A stretch of DNA of 64,000 bases, from the sequence record LC727697.1; one strand, 5' to 3'. Source of the stretch: Pseudomonas phage sp. 30-2. Below the pieces are notes generated by a model. The model did not search any database, was not told where the DNA came from, and was given only the letters and a program-made list of their open reading frames with translations. Both the position numbers and the translations under genes were made by a program. How positions within the stretch are numbered: the first letter of the stretch is position 1; each line of letters begins with the position of its first letter. Of the stretch, positions 57,216 through 64,000 are shown piece after piece.

Positions 57216-58770
57216 CGACGACTTCTATACTTGCACTGATTGCACCATTTGTATTATCATCCCATAATGCAATAAACTGAGTCATCCTTAGTGTTAATAT
57301 AAGTGCAGACACTAAATCGTCTGTAGTTCCTGGTCGAGCTTCAAACGTAGATCCTCTGTGTACATAATTCTTTAATTCACTAATCAATGCAGAAGATGAT
57401 ATTTTTATTTTATTATTTTCTATTAAGGATTTCAATCTAGAACATGCTTCTATTTTTGTCCGATTAGTAGTAAGAAAACCTTGTCTTTTACGACTATTCG
57501 CCCCTGCTTGTTTTACAGGATCATGCAAAAATGTTCCAGGAAAATATTCTTCTCCTGTATCACGTATTACCACTAATGCAGCTTCTCCTAAATTATTAGA
57601 TTCCAACGACCAGTATAATTCTACTACACCTGCGTTTTGTATTTCTGTAAGTATTTCATTTAACAACCTAACTTGACCCTCAACTGGTGTTCTGTTGTGC
57701 TGCCACTCAGCTACTTGTTTCATTGTAGGTAATTCTAACACTTGTATTGCAGCATTGTCGCCGCCTGCTCCCATAGATGGATCTAATCCAACAACATATG
57801 TATTTGTCGGCTTTATTTCTTCATACCAACGGACTTGGCCTGTTTTTCTTATAGGAGTTTTAGATTCTAATTGATTTAATTTTATAGAATTTATAAGAGT
57901 TTCTTCAAAAGAAATAAACTCCACTTCGTGTTCTCTACGAAATCTTTCTTCCCCTATCTTTTCACGCTCTATCGTTGCCCAATTTTCATCTCTGTCAGGA
58001 TGATCTTTCCAAGTAGCTTTAAACGGCTTAAATCCATTAGCACCTATTTTTCGTTCATTTCCGTATTCGTCAGTTAATTTGTTTGCATTATGCCATATAT
58101 CGGCAAACAAATCCTCGTCGGTATTAGGCGTAGAAGTTATTATACATTTACCGCCAGTGGATAATGTGGGTGATAGAGAAGTCCACATTTCTATAGCCAC
58201 ATTGTACGGCACGAATGCCATTTCATCTAAATATACTAGCGAAATGGACATTCCCCTACCTGTATTTTCGGTAGTAGTAGTTGATTTAATCTTAGATCCG
58301 TTATCAAATTCTATACTATGTTTATTATAAGTAATTGCACCTGCCCTAATGTGATCTGGCAAACTTTCATATGCAAATCGAATTCGACCCATAATCTCTT
58401 TGGCGTCGCCGCCTGTTTTAGATGCAACTAAAATAAAACTATCAGGTACGAACATTGCGTACCATAGTAAATAAGATCCAGCTACAGTAGATTTACCTAG
58501 CTGCCTTCCTAGCATAGCTATAGAATATCTATAATTGTGAAATGCTTCTAATAAACCTACTTGGTATGGAAACGGTTTAAATAACAGACGACCTTTTGTA
58601 GGATGCTGAATGTAGACAAAATTTGTCATAAAATACATAGGACCATTTATAGGATCCATGCATTTTTTTAATTCTTCTATCTGTTTGTCTGTGTATAGGA
58701 CCTTTTTAAAAGCCTTTTTAATTAAATAATCTTCTGCTGCCATATCTAAATAAAAAATAAAAGGGTGCAT
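57175..58770 (-). CDS. terminase large subunit (T4 gp17-like)
   Basis: MLGRQLGKSTVAGSYLLWYAMF Walker A region and LVYLDEMAFVP Walker B align to gp17 SRQLGKTTVVAIFLAHF / MIYIEDCAFIP; the Met at 58770 sits in a terminator loop, so Met10 at 58743 may be the true start. Confidence 0.85.
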   Translation of the reverse strand: MHPFIFYLDMAAEDYLIKKAFKKVLYTDKQIEELKKCMDPINGPMYFMTNFVYIQHPTKGRLLFKPFPYQVGLLEAFHNYRYSIAMLGRQLGKSTVAGSYLLWYAMFVPDSFILVASKTGGDAKEIMGRIRFAYESLPDHIRAGAITYNKHSIEFDNGSKIKSTTTTENTGRGMSISLVYLDEMAFVPYNVAIEMWTSLSPTLSTGGKCIITSTPNTDEDLFADIWHNANKLTDEYGNERKIGANGFKPFKATWKDHPDRDENWATIEREKIGEERFRREHEVEFISFEETLINSIKLNQLESKTPIRKTGQVRWYEEIKPTNTYVVGLDPSMGAGGDNAAIQVLELPTMKQVAEWQHNRTPVEGQVRLLNEILTEIQNAGVVELYWSLESNNLGEAALVVIRDTGEEYFPGTFLHDPVKQAGANSRKRQGFLTTNRTKIEACSRLKSLIENNKIKISSSALISELKNYVHRGSTFEARPGTTDDLVSALILTLRMTQFIALWDDNTNGAISASIEVVDEDDDSMPMPFLF

Positions 58771-58781
58771 AACACCCTTTT
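58760..58781 (-). terminator. hairpin plus T-run between the acidic protein gene and the terminase gene
   Basis: aaagggtg-cataa-caccctttt; the loop contains the first in-frame ATG of the terminase ORF. Confidence 0.55.
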
Positions 58782-58798
58782 ATTTCCTTAACATAATA

Positions 58799-60304
58799 TT
58801 AACCTTTAAATTTATTAAGGGCTTCATGCAACGACGCTCTTATATCATCTATACTCTCGGATGCAAATGCTTTTTGTAAAGCATTATCGCCAGATTTTGC
58901 ACTAGACGGTCCTGCCGCGCCTACTACATTTCCATCATATCCGTTAGGGAAATAGTCGTTAGCATCTACGGTATTAGTATTTATTGAAGTGACTGCACCT
59001 TCATCCATTAACGATTTATGTATAGCACGGAGTCTCTGAACTGGCATATTGACTAATTCTTGCTCGCTATTATACTTGTTACTAGTCATCAATATATCTG
59101 CTATAATTTCTGCAATATCATCTACTGAATTAGCAACTTCGCTTCCGACTGTTCCGGGTCCAAGATCTATATCGAAATCTACAGGTATATCTTCAAAATC
59201 TTCCGAATTTTCTAAATCATTTAGGTCTTCGTCGTCTTCATCGTCTTCGTCGTCGTTATCGAAGTCGCCGAAATTTTTTAAAGTATAATCACTAGCTGCT
59301 TTATCTAAATTGGGCGATGCTTCTGACACATTTTTTCTTCTATCTATTACTGTTTTTATTTCTTCTGCAGATACATTAAGACCTGCGTTTTTAAGAATTC
59401 TATATGCATTCTCTAATTCTTCTAAAGAAACAGCTTTGTAATCATCATCTAATGTGGGGTCTTTTTTAGGATCATTAAATGCATATCCAGTCTTAGGAAT
59501 ATCCATATCATGCACACTTTCTTCTACATTAGATATTCCAGCCAATTTAGATATTTCATCTAAAGTAGATTCAAATGTTTCACCCATAACTTTATCGTGA
59601 ATTCGCTTTATAACTGCATATGGTAAAGTTTCTAGTTTTGCCTGATCCCTATATATATCACTATATGCAAGTATATCTTGTATCATATCATCGACATCAG
59701 TTACTTCAAAGTTATTTCTGTAATGTGTAACGTCATCGTTATCATCTATGCCAAACGAAATATCATCAGAATAATCATCTGCAGTTCCTGCTAATTCATC
59801 AAACGCAGAATCTTCATTAACTGAATTATCCCATTTAGTAGGATACGGAGCATCTTTAGAAATATATCCGGTTTCTCCATCCCATTCGCCGCAGCCGAAT
59901 GCCTGACATATGTCTTCGTCGCCCTCGAATCTAACACCGGGTTTTAATGCTTTACATGCGCGGACCCAAGATTTAAATGTGTGGAAAATTCTATTTCCAT
60001 CTTCATCCTTTTCTTCATCTAATTTACTGACCTCATCAAATTCAAATTCGCCTGGGCGATATTGACGAGAACGACGTTGTTGGGCTGCCAACCAATCATA
60101 ATTATCGTCGTCATCTTCAGTAAATGGTTTTGCAACAGAAGCTATTCCTCCTGCCGATGATGCGCCTGCAGATGCAGTTTCTTCTACTTTGTCTTTGCCA
60201 TGCACAGGGCATTCGGCATCAGTGCAGTCTTTATCATCGCATATTTCTGATTCTTTAACTGCCTGAACTCCTGCTAGACGCAGAATGTCATTAATATTAA
60301 ACAT
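58799..60304 (-). CDS. highly acidic hypothetical protein (501 aa)
   Basis: Asp/Glu-rich with a DDEDDEDDED run; it occupies the position taken by the small terminase in T4 but is far too large and acidic to be one. Confidence 0.45.
   Translation of the reverse strand: MFNINDILRLAGVQAVKESEICDDKDCTDAECPVHGKDKVEETASAGASSAGGIASVAKPFTEDDDDNYDWLAAQQRRSRQYRPGEFEFDEVSKLDEEKDEDGNRIFHTFKSWVRACKALKPGVRFEGDEDICQAFGCGEWDGETGYISKDAPYPTKWDNSVNEDSAFDELAGTADDYSDDISFGIDDNDDVTHYRNNFEVTDVDDMIQDILAYSDIYRDQAKLETLPYAVIKRIHDKVMGETFESTLDEISKLAGISNVEESVHDMDIPKTGYAFNDPKKDPTLDDDYKAVSLEELENAYRILKNAGLNVSAEEIKTVIDRRKNVSEASPNLDKAASDYTLKNFGDFDNDDEDDEDDEDLNDLENSEDFEDIPVDFDIDLGPGTVGSEVANSVDDIAEIIADILMTSNKYNSEQELVNMPVQRLRAIHKSLMDEGAVTSINTNTVDANDYFPNGYDGNVVGAAGPSSAKSGDNALQKAFASESIDDIRASLHEALNKFKG
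59225..59266 (-). repeat. low-complexity GAC/GAA codon run encoding poly-Asp/Glu
   Basis: gtcttcgtcgtcttcatcgtcttcgtcgtcg on the + strand. Confidence 0.6.
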
Positions 60305-60333
60305 GATTTCTCCTATCTAGGACCCTGGGCCCT

Positions 60334-60936
60334 TTATCTTTTATTTCTATAATCATTAGTACCTATAACAGCATTGTTATTAGGAACTACAACTTCTTTA
60401 TTGTTTATTTTATCTAGTTTTTGCGCCGGAATTAGATTGTTAGTTACATAACTATCTTCTTTTGCAGGAGCTGCCGCTAGTGCTTCTTTAACTGATTCGT
60501 CGCCATATGGTGCTTCAGTTTTCCATATTTCTTCCGAACCTAATACTGGTTTATAATTATCTTTATATTCTTTACTTTGTCTGTACACGAATTCTTTTGC
60601 GTCTTCTAATCTAGGATCTTCAGAAGTAAATACCAGAACATTGCTTTCTTTTATACAGAGTGCTTTAGATATATAATTTCTTAATAAATCCGGTGTAGCT
60701 GGATATACCATCTCTATTTCTGCTATGAATACTTTAGAACAAGGTATATTAGGAAAATCTAACGGATTTAATTGATAAGGAGTTTCTTTAAAATTAGAAA
60801 ACGAAAGTATATCATATTTTACTAAACTAGATTCTAATACAGATTTTTGTTCAGAATTTATTTCGTCTGTAGCTATTTTAATTACAAACGAATATTTGCG
60901 TTTTGACGCATCGTAATAATCTCTGAAAGATTTCAT
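60334..60936 (-). CDS. hypothetical protein (200 aa)
   Basis: ORF on coding strand. Confidence 0.45.
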   Translation of the reverse strand: MKSFRDYYDASKRKYSFVIKIATDEINSEQKSVLESSLVKYDILSFSNFKETPYQLNPLDFPNIPCSKVFIAEIEMVYPATPDLLRNYISKALCIKESNVLVFTSEDPRLEDAKEFVYRQSKEYKDNYKPVLGSEEIWKTEAPYGDESVKEALAAAPAKEDSYVTNNLIPAQKLDKINNKEVVVPNNNAVIGTNDYRNKR

Positions 60937-60960
60937 TTATATCTTCCTTTATAGTTTATT

Positions 60961-61467
60961 TTATTTATCTGCAGAGTTATCATTATCTTTATTTAAAAGA
61001 AGACCTATTAGCTCATTTCTATCAAAATATACACCATTAGATCCGGCAGGGGCATCAGTGGACGTTTTTTTATGAGTCATTTCCCAATCCAATCTTGCTT
61101 TTTTAATTTGTAACTCTACCATTTTTAATTTTCTATAATTTTTTGCTTCCTTGGCGTCCTGGGCAGTTTTAAGCATATTATGTGCCACTTCTAACACTTT
61201 ACCTACCTGGGCATCATGTATGTTTTGACTTATATCCCACAAATCGCGGTATGCATCCATTGCAGTTTTTGCAATTTCATCCATATCTCTGTCATGACTA
61301 TCTAATTGAGTTACACCAACTAATGCTGCATCAATTTTATCCGATTGAGAATTTATGTCTACTATTTGGCCAGAAACATCCTCTTCGTTAGCAGTTTCTA
61401 TAATTTCTGCTGGCGCTTCTTCGTCAAACGAAGCAAAATCAAATACTTCTTCTAATCTTTTAGTCAT
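60961..61467 (-). CDS. hypothetical protein (168 aa)
   Basis: ORF on coding strand. Confidence 0.45.
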   Translation of the reverse strand: MTKRLEEVFDFASFDEEAPAEIIETANEEDVSGQIVDINSQSDKIDAALVGVTQLDSHDRDMDEIAKTAMDAYRDLWDISQNIHDAQVGKVLEVAHNMLKTAQDAKEAKNYRKLKMVELQIKKARLDWEMTHKKTSTDAPAGSNGVYFDRNELIGLLLNKDNDNSADK

Positions 61468-61468
61468 G

Positions 61469-61897
61469 TTATTTAGGATTCCTATAAATATGGTCTTCGT
61501 TAATTACTCTAAATCTTATACCCCGTGCAGAGCAAAACTTGGCGGCCGCTTGCCATTTTGCTGCATTCATTGCTAACCGATATTTATCTTGTTTAGTTTT
61601 AGCATGTTCTAAAAATGTTTCTTTTCTCGGTTTTATTTCGACTATTTCGGTGTGTTTGTTGCCCTTACTATCAACGTATACCATTAAAAAATCTGGCACA
61701 TATAACGATTGTTTGTTTGTAACTGGATTAAAATAAGGAATAGAAATGGGTTCGCTGGCCCATTCAATTACAGCCATATTTTCGTCAACTGTCTGCATAA
61801 ATTTATATTCCCATGCAGATCTATAGTATGGTAATTTTTTTCCTATATATTTTCCAGGATTCTTCGGAATATACGTTCCTTGCTTGTAACTACCCAT
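61469..61897 (-). CDS. hypothetical protein (142 aa)
   Basis: ORF on coding strand. Confidence 0.45.
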   Translation of the reverse strand: MGSYKQGTYIPKNPGKYIGKKLPYYRSAWEYKFMQTVDENMAVIEWASEPISIPYFNPVTNKQSLYVPDFLMVYVDSKGNKHTEIVEIKPRKETFLEHAKTKQDKYRLAMNAAKWQAAAKFCSARGIRFRVINEDHIYRNPK

Positions 61898-62352
61898 TAT
61901 AATTTGACGTTCCTTCCTCTGAATTTCCCAGAATTATCGTTTATTATTAATAGATTTTGCTTTTCGCCGGCAGGTCTTAAAAAATTTAATACAGTATATG
62001 TGTCATTTCCTAACATTAATTGTCCCGTACTTGCCACTTCTTCTGCTAATGTCATCGGTGGTTTATTTAGTAACTTGGCTGCATCTAACATCATCAATGC
62101 TAGGGTTTCTGCGTTAGGTAAAGAAGTATGTTTACTTACAAAGAATGATCGTAGAGCAAAAAACATATTCGAATTAACGGCGCCGACTGAAGAATTTCCG
62201 TAATTGTCTAGAATAAGACTAGTAGCATCCAAAGCATTATCAAAGCCAGATCCATTTTCAAATGTGTTAACTAAAGACGAACCCGTTTGTATTACTTTCT
62301 TAGAAGCTCCTCTACGCTTCAACATGTCTATACTAAATCTATCAAGTGCCAT
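61897..62352 (-). CDS. hypothetical protein (151 aa)
   Basis: ORF on coding strand. Confidence 0.45.
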   Translation of the reverse strand: MALDRFSIDMLKRRGASKKVIQTGSSLVNTFENGSGFDNALDATSLILDNYGNSSVGAVNSNMFFALRSFFVSKHTSLPNAETLALMMLDAAKLLNKPPMTLAEEVASTGQLMLGNDTYTVLNFLRPAGEKQNLLIINDNSGKFRGRNVKL

Positions 62353-63860
62353 TATAATCCAACACTCCTGTTAGATACGTTTGTATTTCTAGATCCCCTA
62401 GGATTATCTATAATTTTTCCTGCGCCATTTAAAACACCAGTTATAGCAGTATTTACACCAGTTTCAAATGTTCTTCGTATAGTTCCAGTAGTTTCTGATT
62501 TTGCTTGATCTAATATTTTTCTCATAGAACCTTTCGGATCTACCGGGAATTCTACTTCTCCTGTAAATATACTTTCACCTACTGCCCTGGCTGCATTTTC
62601 AGGAAAAGTAGTAACATAGTCTGTTACATTTCGCTCAATATTTCCTAATACGCTATTAGCAGCGCTTCCTAATACTGCGCCTACTCCTATATTATCTAAC
62701 ACACCATTTACACCAGTTGCATCTAAAACTGTAGATACACCAGACCGAATTCCGCCGAATATATCCCCCGTAATATCACCCAATACATTACCTAATCCAG
62801 ACGAAGATCTGCCGAAACCGCCCTCAGTACTGTCGTTTCTTACCCTAACACTAACTGGCGGACGGGCAGGTTGATAATCTAATTCTAAATTATTAGCATT
62901 ATCATAAAATTCAAGTTCAGTTTCAGCCAATGGCCTAACAAAGTTATCATACACTACATCTTCGTATTCAAATGTAAATGTTAATTCCATTAAATCGCTA
63001 GAATTGTCATATGCTAATGCATCATGTCTAAAATCTGTTATTCTGGGATTTACTAATCTTGCTCTAGAATATGATTGTCCGTGAACCTGATATATATCAA
63101 TAGAGTCAAACAAATATCTACTATATTTTCCTATAAACGAAGTTGTATTAAACACTTGAGTATCTAACCTAAATCCAAAATCTCGTTTAAAAACACCTTC
63201 TTTAGAGATAATATCATTATAAAACTCAGATACGTTTAACTCGCCCCTTCTTAATGTATTTCTAATGGGATCAAAATTACTTATAGAATCTGATGTTTTC
63301 TTGGCGTAAACACCATCATTAAAATAATATTCATAATACATTTCCCAAAAACGTAATGTTTTTCCATCTACTACATCGTGTAACACCATTGTAATAGGCT
63401 GGAATTTTATCTTTGTTTGAGAAATACGCCATTTATTATATTGATTTAATTTTTCTGTATCTATTTGCATAGATGGCATATCGATACGTTTTATTAGAGG
63501 AACTATCATATCTTGTTCATCTCTATTTAAATAAGTATCAACAAACGATTTTACCGGATCTATAGTATTATAGTTTATTTTTACAAGATATTGAAACTTA
63601 GACCTAGGATAGTTCTGTTGTATATACGAACCCCTAAGACCAAAATTATATGTTGCATGTCTACCATCTCTTAGATATGCGCCATGCCCGTCGCCAATTA
63701 AACCGCCTAAAAATTTCTTAGCAGACCGGGTAGCAACAGAAGACAAAATATTTCCTGCTTCTCCCACTGTTGCCCCAAATATATCACCAGCAGCGCCGGC
63801 TATTGTACCGAATATATCATCAAATGCCATATATAAATCCAATAAAAAGAATAACTGCAA
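62352..63860 (-). CDS. hypothetical protein with Gly-rich termini (about 492 to 502 aa), virion-like
   Basis: The first 10 codons lie inside the 63855..63881 terminator stem, so Met11 at 63830 is the likelier start. Confidence 0.45.
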   Translation of the reverse strand: MQLFFLLDLYMAFDDIFGTIAGAAGDIFGATVGEAGNILSSVATRSAKKFLGGLIGDGHGAYLRDGRHATYNFGLRGSYIQQNYPRSKFQYLVKINYNTIDPVKSFVDTYLNRDEQDMIVPLIKRIDMPSMQIDTEKLNQYNKWRISQTKIKFQPITMVLHDVVDGKTLRFWEMYYEYYFNDGVYAKKTSDSISNFDPIRNTLRRGELNVSEFYNDIISKEGVFKRDFGFRLDTQVFNTTSFIGKYSRYLFDSIDIYQVHGQSYSRARLVNPRITDFRHDALAYDNSSDLMELTFTFEYEDVVYDNFVRPLAETELEFYDNANNLELDYQPARPPVSVRVRNDSTEGGFGRSSSGLGNVLGDITGDIFGGIRSGVSTVLDATGVNGVLDNIGVGAVLGSAANSVLGNIERNVTDYVTTFPENAARAVGESIFTGEVEFPVDPKGSMRKILDQAKSETTGTIRRTFETGVNTAITGVLNGAGKIIDNPRGSRNTNVSNRSVGL

Positions 63861-63881
63861 GCTAAGTAAAATAGCTTGCAG
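63855..63881 (-). terminator. rho-independent terminator after the partial upstream gene
   Basis: ctgcaagct-agtaaaat-agcttgcag followed by a T-rich tail on the minus transcript. Confidence 0.6.
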
Positions 63882-63889
63882 ATTTCTTA

Positions 63890-64000
63890 TTAGTTTACAC
63901 GAGCACCAGGTGCACCGCGTAATCCGGCATCGTCGTCAGTAAACGGATCGCCGCCGAGTGCAACTTCGTTGCCGCCTGCATGATGAGTATAGTTATCTGC
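63890..64000 (-). CDS. 3' end of a GC-rich gene running off the window; Gly-X-Y collagen-like C-terminus (...GLRGAPGARVN)
   Basis: Frame with stop at 63890..63892 translates to ADNYTHHAGGNEVALGGDPFTDDDAGLRGAPGARVN; G+C is much higher than the surroundings; fibre-like. Confidence 0.35.
   Translation of the reverse strand, partial: ADNYTHHAGGNEVALGGDPFTDDDAGLRGAPGARVN

Noticed and set aside
61182-62508. Plus-strand ORFs (61182..61391, 61355..61576, 61539..61736, 61880..62203, 62287..62508) in the block upstream of the terminase
   Set aside because: They overlap a continuous series of minus-strand ORFs and show no independent signals.
1-64000. tRNA genes or CRISPR arrays
   Set aside because: No cloverleaf-like GC-rich 70-90-nt islands or regularly spaced direct repeats were seen in the intergenic regions. 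Intergenic space is minimal throughout.

Overview
This is a 64-kb fragment of a T4-like (Tevenvirinae-type) myovirus genome that looks AT-rich, roughly one-third G+C by eye. Nearly every gene is on the minus strand; only three plausible plus-strand genes were found. The sequence shows a T4-type replication and recombination core (gp32 SSB, gp41 helicase, gp61 primase, UvsW, UvsY, UvsX, DexA-like exonuclease, ATP-dependent DNA ligase), nucleotide metabolism (class Ia RNR alpha and beta, ThyA-family enzyme, dCMP deaminase, MazG), a T4-type large terminase and many unassigned virion-like genes. On this backbone sits a block of host-like auxiliary genes: ClpP, FtsH, Fe/Mn SOD, ClpS, Hsp20, ClpX, ribosomal protein bS21, GTP cyclohydrolase I and two QueD/PTPS paralogs. 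Several sub-regions are visibly GC-richer than their surroundings: the gene at 1111..1611, clpP, the PAAR segment of 22440..23462, the gene at 8574..9083, and the partial gene at the window end. The most unusual locus is uvsX. It is fractured into an N-extein ORF ending with a 17-aa intein N-fragment, a free-standing Vsr-like homing endonuclease gene, and a second ORF that begins with a 128-aa intein C-fragment followed by the rest of UvsX. This is an atypical split intein with a homing endonuclease between the halves, and a second paralogous endonuclease gene lies immediately downstream. Other notable items are a PAAR-repeat domain fused to a peptidase M15 lysin, a phage-encoded bS21 co-operonic with clpX, a three-member small paralog family with a WC(D/N/S)EN motif, and start codons of two virion-module genes (the large terminase and the 62352..63860 gene) buried in terminator hairpins. 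No tRNA, rRNA or CRISPR array was recognised by eye.
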